Assembly: GCA_001002415.1 (NCBI GenBank)
Contig: LCMB01000005.1
Coordinates: 13,621 to 77,620, forward strand
Direction: 5' to 3'
Origin: Microgenomates group bacterium GW2011_GWF2_46_18
GTDB taxonomy: Bacteria > Patescibacteriota > Microgenomatia > UBA1400 > UBA12108
DNA: 64,000 nucleotides
In this document: one piece after another, positions 18,409 to 27,298 of the stretch
Position numbering within the stretch: position 1 is the stretch's first letter
Layout of the letters: every line of letters starts with the position of its first letter
Position numbers and translations under genes: made by a program
The notes under the pieces: generated by a model
What the model was told of the DNA's origin: nothing
The model's input: only the letters and a program-made list of their open reading frames with translations
Databases searched by the model: none

Positions 18409-18493
18409 GGAGGGGTCACATAGTGGTCTAGTGTAGCGGTTTACTAAACCGCCGTAGCGCAAGTTACCGAGGGTTCGAATCCCTCCCCCTCCG
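18409..18493 (+). tRNA. tRNA-Ser-like (type II, long variable arm); anticodon reads ACT in my manual fold
   Basis: Acceptor GGAGGGG/CCCCTCC, D stem ACAT/GTGT, anticodon stem GCGGT/ACCGC with loop TTACTAA. 16-nt variable arm, T arm GAGGG-TTCGAAT-CCCTC, discriminator G. No encoded CCA. Confidence 0.8.
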
Positions 18494-18518
18494 CTTCCCT
18501 GATATAATCTTCTCCACA

Positions 18519-18601
18519 GGAGGTGTCGCCTAGTGGTATGGCACGAGTTCGCTAAACTCGCACCCGCAAGGGTGTCGTGGGTTCGATTCCCACCGCCTCC
18601 G
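18519..18601 (+). tRNA. tRNA-Ser (anticodon GCT)
   Basis: Acceptor GGAGGTG/CGCCTCC, anticodon stem CGAGT/ACTCG with loop TCGCTAA. Long variable arm, T arm GTGGG-TTCGATT-CCCAC, discriminator G. Confidence 0.9.
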
Positions 18602-18685
18602 CAGTTTATAAAAAAATTATAAAATCCACCAGACGAAATTATAATGATTCTATAAAATAAGACTGTGAGAAAAAGAACCTAATAT

Positions 18686-18694
18686 TGTTATAAT
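18686..18694 (+). promoter_or_regulatory. extended -10 element (TGtTATAAT) ahead of the orphan gene at 18721
   Basis: TGTTATAAT lies inside a 120-nt AT-rich spacer directly after the tRNA pair. Confidence 0.4.
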
Positions 18695-18720
18695 ATTTTT
18701 ATATTTGAATAACCACTGAT

Positions 18721-19350
18721 ATGACAGGTAACTTTGATATTCAGCCCTACAGTCTAGATGGATTAAAAAATGTGCTGGGAGTAAGGGGCGAAGCTACCCA
18801 CAATGAAGTATTTTCGACATTTGAGCAAGCTGTGTATAAAACAGAAAATGATTTGCCTCAAGGTTTTACGGTCTGGGTCAATGAAAATGACCTAGGATCA
18901 ACCGCTGTCTATAATGCGGGTCACAAAAACTCCTGGTTTTTAGCAAAAAGAATGATAATAAATGGACAAAAGGTACGAGAAGAGGTCGCCGGGAATTACC
19001 CTCAAGGTAAAACCAATGTGTCAATCTCAGTAGATAGAGAAACAGGTTCTCCATTTGTATCATGTCGAGTTTTTGTTGATGGCTCACTAGTCGCTAGTCG
19101 TACTAGCCCAGCCGACTGGGCAGGTCAACAAGCAGACGCATTCACGAGACAAGTGGCAGAAGCTCAGGGTGACGACCCATCGAGGTTGGATAAAACGCTC
19201 GGTGACGACAGATCTCCATATCCATTTGCTATGAAAATGTTAAACGATTTTGCAAACTCGAAACCGGATCAAAGAAGAATTGAGCAAATGTTTAACAAGA
19301 TGAAGCAAAGCCATACAACAGTAAAGAATTCTGATTATCTAATGGGTTAG
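18721..19350 (+). CDS. hypothetical protein (209 aa), compositionally atypical
   Basis: Long ORF with no recognised motif. The coding strand is purine-rich, unlike every other + strand gene in the window. Confidence 0.55.
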   Translation: MTGNFDIQPYSLDGLKNVLGVRGEATHNEVFSTFEQAVYKTENDLPQGFTVWVNENDLGSTAVYNAGHKNSWFLAKRMIINGQKVREEVAGNYPQGKTNVSISVDRETGSPFVSCRVFVDGSLVASRTSPADWAGQQADAFTRQVAEAQGDDPSRLDKTLGDDRSPYPFAMKMLNDFANSKPDQRRIEQMFNKMKQSHTTVKNSDYLMG

Positions 19351-19421
19351 TCGAATTCTTGAGGTAGGTTATAACATCGGATATAGTTCCCCGCCATCCC
19401 TACTTGTGTATAATCCGCGCT

Positions 19422-19832
19422 ATGATCATCACTATCTGCGGTAGCATGCAGTTTCACCGGGAAATGCAAACCACCAAGCAAGAGCTTGAATCTCGTGGTT
19501 TTACCGTCTTCGCCCCCGACGAACTCGACAACGTAAAAAGCAACGAGTCCTACATGAAGAACGACGAAGACAAAATCAATGCCAAAATCGAATACGACTT
19601 CATCCGTGAACACTTCAAAAAAGTCGAGGCCGCCGATGCTATTTTGATCCTCAACTACCCCAAACATGGTATCGATGGCTATATTGGCGGTAACACCTTC
19701 CTCGAAATGGGGTACGCCTTTGGTCAAGGTAAAAAAATCTATCTTCTCCATCCCATTCCCAAAATGGACTACTACACCGAAATGGTTGCCATCCAGCCCG
19801 TTATTCTCAATGGAGATCTCGGTCGTATATAA
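19422..19832 (+). CDS. nucleoside 2-deoxyribosyltransferase-like protein
   Basis: MIITICGSMQF...ADAILILN...GYIGGNTFLEMGYAFGQGKKIYLL resembles the deoxyribosyltransferase / DNPH1-like fold. TATAAT at 19409-19414 lies 7 nt before the ATG. Confidence 0.55.
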   Translation: MIITICGSMQFHREMQTTKQELESRGFTVFAPDELDNVKSNESYMKNDEDKINAKIEYDFIREHFKKVEAADAILILNYPKHGIDGYIGGNTFLEMGYAFGQGKKIYLLHPIPKMDYYTEMVAIQPVILNGDLGRI

Positions 19833-19839
19833 TAGGAAT

Positions 19840-20229
19840 ATGTTCATTAAGCTTCTCCTCGAATCCTTGTTTGCTTTTCTTGTCATTGATCTGGTTTGGA
19901 TTTCTCAAGTTGCCTCCCCCTGGATGAAAAAAGCTGTTCCTCATTTGCTGTCCGCTTCCCCCAATCTTTTGGCTGCCCTCGCTTTCTACCTCCTTTATCT
20001 TTCTATCTTCCTCATTCTTATCCTCATCCCTGCCCTTACTCATAAATCCGGCTACTCCACTCTTGCCTTTCAATCCTTTATCTTTGGTCTAGCCGCCTAC
20101 GCTACTTACGATTTGACCAATCTTGCTGTTATGAAAGGCTATCCTCTTAGTATGGCTCTCGCCGATATGCTTTGGGGTGGTCTTGTTACCATGCTCACCG
20201 CTTTGATTATTTACAAACTAAACATCTAA
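19840..20229 (+). CDS. polytopic membrane protein (DUF2177-like)
   Basis: Start at MFIKLLLESLFAFLVIDLVWI. Four hydrophobic helices. The track ORF 19666.. is an upstream extension that overlaps the previous gene. Confidence 0.55.
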   Translation: MFIKLLLESLFAFLVIDLVWISQVASPWMKKAVPHLLSASPNLLAALAFYLLYLSIFLILILIPALTHKSGYSTLAFQSFIFGLAAYATYDLTNLAVMKGYPLSMALADMLWGGLVTMLTALIIYKLNI

Positions 20230-20241
20230 GAAAGGTCACTC

Positions 20242-20847
20242 ATGAAAAAATTTCTTCCCCTGATTCTACTTATCATTCTCTTGGGCGGCATCGGCTACTA
20301 CCTCAAAACCAAATCCCCTTCTGTTTCTCCTAATACTCAAACTGTTAGCCAAAGCATGAGTGAAGCCGAAGAATTCGCCAAGGCCATCGAATCCGGTCGG
20401 CCCACTTTGTGTACTATGGCTAGGAATACCGACAAAATGGAATACTTTCTCAAAGGCAAAAAAATGTATGTCAACATGACCAATATTATCGAAAACAAAA
20501 CTGTCATCTCCCATATGATCAATGATGAAAAATACCTCTATCTTTGGACTGACGGCCAAAAGCAGGGAAGTAAAATGAATCTTCTCACTTCTCCTCTCCC
20601 CAACGCCTCTCCCACCTCCACTCCCTCTTCCCCCAAATTCGAAAGCCAATCCGATTACGAGGGTTTGAAAGCCGAAGGCTACACCATCAACTGCCAGGCT
20701 AGTAATATCGATGATACCGCCTTTGTTCCACCCCAAGATGTGAATTTTATCGATCCTTCTAGTCTCCTCCAACAATTTGATCTCAGCAAACTTCAGGAGC
20801 TTCAATCTCAATATGGCGAAGAGGAGATGGAAACCGACAACCCCTAA
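20242..20847 (+). CDS. secreted/anchored hypothetical protein
   Basis: N-terminal signal/anchor MKKFLPLILLIILLGGIGYYL. S/P/T-rich linker. Confidence 0.55.
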   Translation: MKKFLPLILLIILLGGIGYYLKTKSPSVSPNTQTVSQSMSEAEEFAKAIESGRPTLCTMARNTDKMEYFLKGKKMYVNMTNIIENKTVISHMINDEKYLYLWTDGQKQGSKMNLLTSPLPNASPTSTPSSPKFESQSDYEGLKAEGYTINCQASNIDDTAFVPPQDVNFIDPSSLLQQFDLSKLQELQSQYGEEEMETDNP

Positions 20848-20850
20848 TAA

Positions 20851-21516
20851 CTAGCGCGCTATCGCAAGTCCCCACACTTCTTTAGCCCCTTGATCTTTCA
20901 AGATTTTGGCACACTCTCGCATTGTCGCTCCCGTCGTCCACACATCATCCACCAAAATTACTCTCTTATTTACTCTCTCAACTTTCCTCCGAAAGGCTTC
21001 TGCCACGTTTTTTTCCCTCTCCTCTCTCTTTAATCCATACATTGGCTTAGTCACCCTCACTCTCTCCAACATTCTCACATATTCAAGGTTGTACTGTTTG
21101 GCCACCAGCTTAGCCAATACTTCTGCTTGATTAAATCCTCTTTCTTTTTCTTTTTCCTTCCACATTGGTACGCTGGTTACCACCAAATCCTTGCTTCCCT
21201 CTCTCAACATTTGCTCATCAAATTTCTCTTTCCCAAGCCTAAATAAAAATTCAATTCGATCCCATTGGCTTTTGTACTTTACCTTCTTCAAACCTTGCTG
21301 CACTATTCCTCGGTATGGTAATCCCACTCCAAGTCGGTCCATTCCTCGTTTTTTTCTGCATCTAGGGTGTGTCCATCCCCCCAAACTAGGGCGGCAGCAC
21401 ATGGGGCAAATACCCTCTGGGTAGACTAATTTTTTCTGGCATTTTGAGCAAATATACTCCCCTCGCTCGCCGCATCCCTCGCAAGCTTTAGGAAAAATTA
21501 GTTCAATCCATTCCAT
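20851..21516 (-). CDS. comFC: ComF family phosphoribosyltransferase-like competence protein
   Basis: N-terminal CxxC...CxxC zinc finger (CEGCGERGEYICSKCQ...CPMC) and C-terminal PRTase motif VILVDDVWTTGAT. Confidence 0.85.
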   Translation of the reverse strand: MEWIELIFPKACEGCGERGEYICSKCQKKLVYPEGICPMCCRPSLGGWTHPRCRKKRGMDRLGVGLPYRGIVQQGLKKVKYKSQWDRIEFLFRLGKEKFDEQMLREGSKDLVVTSVPMWKEKEKERGFNQAEVLAKLVAKQYNLEYVRMLERVRVTKPMYGLKREEREKNVAEAFRRKVERVNKRVILVDDVWTTGATMRECAKILKDQGAKEVWGLAIAR

Positions 21517-21579
21517 CCATCTAAATTGTAGCTCAGAAAGTTGAAATTTGCGCGATACTATGATATATTATGAGCCATT

Positions 21580-21985
21580 GGGGACGTCTTGCTTTGACGT
21601 ATACCAGCTCTTTAACATCTGCATACCGACTTTGACTAAGGAAGTCGTAAAACAGAGTCAAAAAACAACTGTCAACACTTTGAAGACAGCAGCTAAGAAC
21701 GTTGTCGCCTTTCTCTTCGGAGATGGCGTCGGCACTTACGCTCCTAGTTTCGCTTTAGCTTAACTGGCATTCACGTCCTACTCGCTTATGGGGAAGATGT
21801 GGGTGGAAACACACATAAGCCGTAAGTTGGATCCGGTCAATCCAACCCATATCAACGACCACCCTCGTGTTACTCTTGGTCTGATAATTACCTAAGTAGC
21901 TAGAGGTAAAAACCAAAATTTATCTATGTATGTAGATGGTGTTACAGGCGGCATGCGGACGAGGGCTCACTGCCCTCCGTCTCCA
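21580..21985 (+). ncRNA. ssrA: tmRNA (SsrA)
   Basis: 5' GGGGACGTCTTGCTTTGACG pairs with the 3' CGTCTCC-A, giving a G3:U70 pair. T-arm-like GAGGG-CTCACTG-CCCTC. Internal tag frame ends ...GTYAPSFALA-TAA (stop at 21761-21763). smpB lies adjacent. Confidence 0.85.
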
Positions 21986-21988
21986 CTC

Positions 21989-22420
21989 TTAATTCTTCAT
22001 GGCCTTGGCCATTTCTCGATCAACATCTCTTTTCTTGATATCTTCTCGTTTCTCCCATTCTTTCTTCCCCTTCCCAATCCCTATCTCACACTTCACCCAC
22101 CTCCCCTGGAAAAACAAGCGGAGTGGAACCAGGGTCAGTGGTTTGCCTTCAATCTGTTGCTGAATTTTCAAAATCTCTTTAGCTTTCATTAGGAGTTTGC
22201 GCGATCGTTTGGCATCATATTCTTTGCCCGAATAATGACTATATTGGGGTAAATCCGCCCCCACCAAATATAATTCCCCATTGATTAGTTTCACGTATCC
22301 ATCCCGCAAACTTCCTCTCCCCCCCCGCAAACTCTTGACTTCCGCCCCCGTCAACACCACCCCCGCCACGTACGTGTCAGTGATCGCATACTCCCTCTTA
22401 GCCAGTTTATTAATAATCAT
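21989..22420 (-). CDS. smpB: SsrA-binding protein SmpB
   Basis: AKREYAITDTYVAGVVLTGAEVKSLR...GELYLVGADLPQY...RSRKLLMKAKE, SmpB motifs. Confidence 0.9.
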   Translation of the reverse strand: MIINKLAKREYAITDTYVAGVVLTGAEVKSLRGGRGSLRDGYVKLINGELYLVGADLPQYSHYSGKEYDAKRSRKLLMKAKEILKIQQQIEGKPLTLVPLRLFFQGRWVKCEIGIGKGKKEWEKREDIKKRDVDREMAKAMKN

Positions 22421-22464
22421 ACTGATATTCTACCCCAGGTCGACAAAATATTACCTTCCAGCTT

Positions 22465-24186
22465 CTACAATCCAAATTCCTTCACCTCATTCTCGATCAA
22501 CACGTACGCCTTATTCTTGTACACCACCAAATCGGTCGCTTTCGTCAATTCTTCATTCAAGTACTGTGCCTGGTACTTCCCATCCAGTCCCAACACGATC
22601 ATTCTCGCCTTCCCCTTTTCTACGATGTATACCGCCGTCTCCCCCACCCACAATGCGGTTGGATCATCCAATATTTCTCCTCCCGGCACTCCCTCCAACG
22701 TAAACTTCACCGGCACTCCCCGCGAATATCGCTCCAACTTCCCGCTTTTGGTTATAATCCACACATCTCCAGTCACCCTCATCTGCACCACCTTGGATAA
22801 ATCGAGGGCAATCCCCGGCCCCAACCATCTTTTTCGGGTTCCGAACCCATCTGTAATTACGGGATACTTCCAAATCTCACTCGTTCCCAAATCCAGTAAA
22901 TACAAATTTCCCGCATAACTTTCAACCTGCACTACATTCCCCCAAAGTTCGTCCGGCTCAATCACAATCTTATTTTTTGTTTCATCTTGATTAAGTTCCG
23001 CCACTCCCGAATCCACCAATCCATATATTTTCTTGTCAAACACTGCCAAACTTTTTACTTTTCCAATCTCTCCAGTTTCTATTACAATTCTCGACTTGTC
23101 ATCAATATTCATTGCTACCACTCGATTATTGTTTGTATCAGGGAACATTGCTGTCCCTACCGAATCAACCATCATCGTTTTACTACTTAACCCGCTCGCC
23201 AGGACCGACAACTCAATTGTTTTGGTTAAAGCGGTCTTATTTACTTTAAAAATACTTTCCTTGGCCTCGTTCACCGTTCTAACCAACTCTGCTCCCTTTG
23301 TCTTTTCCTGTTCACGTCGCTGGCTTTCTGTGTATCCCTGGGCGGCCTCCCCAGCTTGGTTCAATAAATCTTCCGCCCTTCCTGGATTGAGATCAGCCAC
23401 ACTCCTCGCCTCCCCAATCTGCTGTTCCACCTGCTCCTTGACTGCTGAATATGCCTCTTGTCTCACCTTTACTTGCCGCTTCCATAATCCCAAACCCACC
23501 ATAATTATCAAAAATATCAAAGCAAAAACAGCCAATCCCACATTCAATTTTTGTGGTCCCTCACTCCATCCTCTTACCCTAATTGGACGCTCTGTAAGCC
23601 GCGCCATTATCACTCCAATCCCACTCTTTTCCTCTCGTTCGTAACTAATCATTAATCCCGCTGCTCGGCTTGAATCTTCTTTCCCGTGTAGTTGTGGCGC
23701 AATTGCTTCCGCCGCCTCCTCTCCCCCTCGGCACAACTCTTGTAGTTTCTCCTCTCCCACCAACTCTTTAACCCCCATTGTCATTACTATCAAAGTATCT
23801 CCCTCTATTAATTTGCCCACTATTCCCCGCTCTAGTTCAGTCGCTTCTCCCAATTTCGCCAACTTCCCTCCTCGGACCAAATATGTTTCTATTTCACCAT
23901 TCCCCGTTATTTTTACTCTTTCATCCTCAATTTTTATCATTGCCAATGAAGCTTTAATCCCTTCTCCCATCCCCGAAATCACTCCCTCTTCCGTCACCAT
24001 CTCTTCTTTCGCTCCCTCTACAATCGAAGATCCTATCGAGACTAAGTCTATTAGTTCCCCCCCCTCTTTCCTTTCCACTTGTACCACTATTCCCACTCCC
24101 CCTCTTTCACTCGAAAAAAACTGTGCTTGTGACCAGCAATCCAAAGTCGGTGTCCCAACTACTGTGCTTGTCTTTATTTTGTTCAT
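22465..24186 (-). CDS. large single-pass membrane protein, hypothetical
   Basis: 573 aa: a ~205-aa cytoplasmic region, the TM LNVGLAVFALIFLIIMVGLGLW, a coiled segment, then a beta-rich extracytoplasmic C-terminus. No confident family. Confidence 0.55.
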   Translation of the reverse strand: MNKIKTSTVVGTPTLDCWSQAQFFSSERGGVGIVVQVERKEGGELIDLVSIGSSIVEGAKEEMVTEEGVISGMGEGIKASLAMIKIEDERVKITGNGEIETYLVRGGKLAKLGEATELERGIVGKLIEGDTLIVMTMGVKELVGEEKLQELCRGGEEAAEAIAPQLHGKEDSSRAAGLMISYEREEKSGIGVIMARLTERPIRVRGWSEGPQKLNVGLAVFALIFLIIMVGLGLWKRQVKVRQEAYSAVKEQVEQQIGEARSVADLNPGRAEDLLNQAGEAAQGYTESQRREQEKTKGAELVRTVNEAKESIFKVNKTALTKTIELSVLASGLSSKTMMVDSVGTAMFPDTNNNRVVAMNIDDKSRIVIETGEIGKVKSLAVFDKKIYGLVDSGVAELNQDETKNKIVIEPDELWGNVVQVESYAGNLYLLDLGTSEIWKYPVITDGFGTRKRWLGPGIALDLSKVVQMRVTGDVWIITKSGKLERYSRGVPVKFTLEGVPGGEILDDPTALWVGETAVYIVEKGKARMIVLGLDGKYQAQYLNEELTKATDLVVYKNKAYVLIENEVKEFGL

Positions 24187-24196
24187 CTCTTCGTCT

Positions 24197-24424
24197 TTAC
24201 AAAAATATTACCGCCATCACCAATACCACAATCGCAAATCCAAAATGGAAAACTCCCATCATCCGAATTACCAAATCATCTTTCATCGCCACTGCCCTAG
24301 TCATGGCCGCAATTTGACGCATCATTAACAAAGCGAAAATGGCATACACTAGTAGCAATATCCCCATCATTACCTTTACTACTCCTAGCAAGGTAATTGA
24401 TTGTAATATTCCAATCGGATCCAT
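24197..24424 (-). CDS. small two-TM membrane protein
   Basis: 75 aa, two hydrophobic helices. Immediately downstream of the PH-domain membrane gene (one base between them). Confidence 0.45.
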   Translation of the reverse strand: MDPIGILQSITLLGVVKVMMGILLLVYAIFALLMMRQIAAMTRAVAMKDDLVIRMMGVFHFGFAIVVLVMAVIFL

Positions 24425-25039
24425 TTATTTTACCCTTCCCTCTAATTTTTCCTGTTCTTCCATATCAATCATTTGATTAATAATCTTGCCTACCTTGTCT
24501 GGCTTAGGAATCGCCAAAAACTCGAACTCTGGCACTTCCGCTGCTGTCTGAATAAATACACTTCCATATCCAAAAAATGTTTCCAAGGCTCCCGATGACT
24601 GGATACTTAAATCTTGAATCTCCTCGATCTTGGCTGTCGAAATTCGACGGAAAAAAATGTTTTTAAAATCCACATCCACTATCCGCTCATCCGTCACCAT
24701 ATAAATATTAAAAAACCATCCCATAAATTTGGCGAGAGCAAAGCCGCTCACAAACAAATACCATCCCAAAGAAACCACAAACTGATAACCCATGGGTAGT
24801 AATGCATACGGCGGGAAAAATCCAAACACCGACGGCAACGTCAGCATAACTATTGCTAGTAACACCCAACCCACATTCACAATCGGGTGTTGTCGGATAA
24901 ACAGTACTACCGTCTCCCCATCATCCTGAGTTTCAAAACCAACCTGCGCTGGGAATGAACTAAGACTAGTAAACAAAGAATCCGATCCCAACCTCCCGAC
25001 TGCCTCTCTAATCTTCTTGACCGATAGCCGTTCCCCCAT
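24425..25039 (-). CDS. bacterial PH-domain (YdbT/bPH_2-like) membrane protein
   Basis: Two TM helices followed by DERIVDVDFKNIFFRRISTAKIEEIQDLSIQ...GYGSVFIQTAAE, as in bPH_2 domains. Confidence 0.6.
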   Translation of the reverse strand: MGERLSVKKIREAVGRLGSDSLFTSLSSFPAQVGFETQDDGETVVLFIRQHPIVNVGWVLLAIVMLTLPSVFGFFPPYALLPMGYQFVVSLGWYLFVSGFALAKFMGWFFNIYMVTDERIVDVDFKNIFFRRISTAKIEEIQDLSIQSSGALETFFGYGSVFIQTAAEVPEFEFLAIPKPDKVGKIINQMIDMEEQEKLEGRVK

Positions 25040-25066
25040 AACTATATGGTACCATAAGCCTCAATC

Positions 25067-26773
25067 TTATTTCTTCTCAATATTGAATAATCCAGATTTT
25101 AAGGAAATTCTTCCTGGCGACCGTAAGTTAAAGGCTTTCTTAAAATCCGCCCCACTGATGGGTACTTCACCCTTATTAGTCTGGAAGGTTACCGTGGCTG
25201 TCACCCCATTACCCGCATAAGTTACGCTCACCCCGCTGACGCTGACAAACCCACCAATCCCCCGTAACTCTTCTTTACTGTAAGGGTTCCCTCCCCAACA
25301 ACTTGATTCTGGTGTGACTCTCCCGCTATCACCTCCCCCGTTAAACAACACTTTCCACGCATTCAAAATGTCTGCCATCTCCTCACTGTTTAACCATGGG
25401 TGGCTTCTTCCACACGCATCCCCCGACCTAGTTCGGTACCATGCCTTATAAAACCACGGACTTCCCGCTGTTTTTTCGTACGCTTGGGCGGTCCATCCTC
25501 CTTGCCCGCTCGGAGTATCCCAAAATCCAGGGGTACTATATCCGTTGGCACTATATGACTCTTGATATCCTCCCGAAGTCGACGCATACCAGGATGAAAA
25601 CGGATTTCCATTGGCATAGATTACCTTACCTCGGGTCGCATTCACTGCTTCCTCCCACTTACCTCCCTTAGGACTCGGTTTAAACACTTGACATGCCTCG
25701 GTAGCGCAAATTTCTCCCCCGCGGGCGAGCGCATAACTTCTCGCCGCCACAGCCTGTGCTTTCAAAGCCTCCATTCCTCCCTCATCTCCCCATGAACCCG
25801 GCATTTCGTAAATCCGTTTGGCGTATTCTTCCAAGGAATAGGTCCCGTAGCCTGTGACTGTAATTTGAGCATCAGGATTATGATCTCTAATTTCAATTCC
25901 ACCCCCATAGTAGGCCTTTAAGATTTGTTCATATCCCTGTCCCTGCTTGGCTCTCCCCAAAGCTCCATACTGACTCATTCCCTTAAAGTGAGGTGCACCA
26001 AAACTAAAGGCTGCAAAAGCCGGCGAAAAGCCAGGATTATAGTCTGGTCGACTGGCCGGATCATCTGCCAAAGGGACCTCTCCCACCGTTGTTTGAAATG
26101 TTCCTGATTTTTCTGTCAAAATAGCCTGCTGTTTGGCCGTTAATGTGGCAATTTTCCCTGACAATTCAGCTTGCCATTTTTTTGCTCCCGCAATTTCCTT
26201 TTCAAAAAAAGCTTTCTGTGTATCCAGTTTCGCCTGCAAACCGGCGAGTTTAGCTTTGTCCGCCTCAATCTGTTTTTTGTCCTCTTCAAGTTGCATGATC
26301 TCAGTCGTAATTCTCACAATCAAGTTCTTATCCTCATCCGCACTCGCTTGCTTATAAGTGAGCCCCCTTGTTAGTTCCCCCGCCGATCGAGACGACACCA
26401 TCCATAGCAAGGGGGAGTAAAATCTTGATTTTTTATAATAGTCCCGCACTTTTGCCGCCAGCACTGCGTATTGATTCTTGATCGTCTTTTCTCTCTCGGT
26501 GATACTCCCCGCCAACTCTTGCATCCGTATCTCTGACTGTTTGATCTGCGACCCAATTCCATCCAATTGCTTCTTTAATTTCGCCACTTCCGATTCTAGT
26601 GGAGTAGTTGCCGCTACCGATAATTGCATCTGGTGCTGCAACTCGGTAATTTGGGCTTCAATTTCTTCCAGTGATTCAGCTCTTACTCCCATTCGCTGTG
26701 CTAAAATAATTCCCAGCACCAATCCTAAACTGACTATGAATAAACTTTTCCACCATTTCCTCATTTTCTCCAT
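25067..26773 (-). CDS. SpoIID/LytB-domain protein with N-terminal anchor and coiled coil
   Basis: EALKAQAVAARSYAL...ICATEACQVF...ASTSGGYQESY (SpoIID). A long coiled coil follows the TM WWKSLFIVSLGLVLGIILA. The start is uncertain (26830, 26773 or 26764). Confidence 0.8.
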   Translation of the reverse strand: MEKMRKWWKSLFIVSLGLVLGIILAQRMGVRAESLEEIEAQITELQHQMQLSVAATTPLESEVAKLKKQLDGIGSQIKQSEIRMQELAGSITEREKTIKNQYAVLAAKVRDYYKKSRFYSPLLWMVSSRSAGELTRGLTYKQASADEDKNLIVRITTEIMQLEEDKKQIEADKAKLAGLQAKLDTQKAFFEKEIAGAKKWQAELSGKIATLTAKQQAILTEKSGTFQTTVGEVPLADDPASRPDYNPGFSPAFAAFSFGAPHFKGMSQYGALGRAKQGQGYEQILKAYYGGGIEIRDHNPDAQITVTGYGTYSLEEYAKRIYEMPGSWGDEGGMEALKAQAVAARSYALARGGEICATEACQVFKPSPKGGKWEEAVNATRGKVIYANGNPFSSWYASTSGGYQESYSANGYSTPGFWDTPSGQGGWTAQAYEKTAGSPWFYKAWYRTRSGDACGRSHPWLNSEEMADILNAWKVLFNGGGDSGRVTPESSCWGGNPYSKEELRGIGGFVSVSGVSVTYAGNGVTATVTFQTNKGEVPISGADFKKAFNLRSPGRISLKSGLFNIEKK

Positions 26774-27290
26774 CGTTTCTATCTTAACATGGGTCGCGTT
26801 ACCCACTCCTTCAGCCAAGGCTGTTGGCAACTCTTGTTATTCTCTTGGCTGGGCAACCATATGTAGACCCGACTATCCCACTCAATGTAATTTTAACAAA
26901 AGTGACGGGACAGCGGTAAAATCTTGCTGTGGAACCGCAGATCTTTGTGCTGCTTACAAAGCTAGCTTAGCTGAATCTGGAGAAACATTTTCCGCCACCG
27001 GTACTTGTGGTTTAGGCGCCATCGACACCGCCCTTGGCTGTATTCCCTACACCTTTGAAGCCTTTACCCCCGCCCTTTTTGGCTTTTTGGCTGGCTTGGC
27101 CGGCGGGATTGCCCTCATTATCATGCTGATTGCCACCGTTCAAATCATGGTTAGTGGCGACAACGCCGAAGCCGTTAAAAAGGGCAAAGAGCTTTTTACC
27201 GGCGCCGTCACTGGCCTCCTTTTCATTATTTTCTCGGTCACTCTCTTACGTCTCGTTGCCGGTGATATCATCAAACTACCCGGGTTTTAG
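26736..27290 (+). CDS. T4SS-type (TrbC/VirB2-like) pilin paralog with Cys-rich N-terminal domain
   Basis: Start at MNKLFHHFLIFSIVSILTWVALPTPSAKA (signal). An 8-Cys region is followed by the TM-loop-TM pilin core (IALIIMLIATVQIMVSGDNAEAVKKGKELFTGAVTGLLFIIFS). Confidence 0.65.
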   Translation: MNKLFHHFLIFSIVSILTWVALPTPSAKAVGNSCYSLGWATICRPDYPTQCNFNKSDGTAVKSCCGTADLCAAYKASLAESGETFSATGTCGLGAIDTALGCIPYTFEAFTPALFGFLAGLAGGIALIIMLIATVQIMVSGDNAEAVKKGKELFTGAVTGLLFIIFSVTLLRLVAGDIIKLPGF

Positions 27291-27298
27291 GATCTACT

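Noticed and set aside
21548-21763. 71-aa ORF overlapping the 5' half of the tmRNA
   Set aside because: It is the tmRNA tag frame extended upstream. The region folds as SsrA (acceptor pairing, G3:U70, smpB adjacent), so it is not a protein gene.
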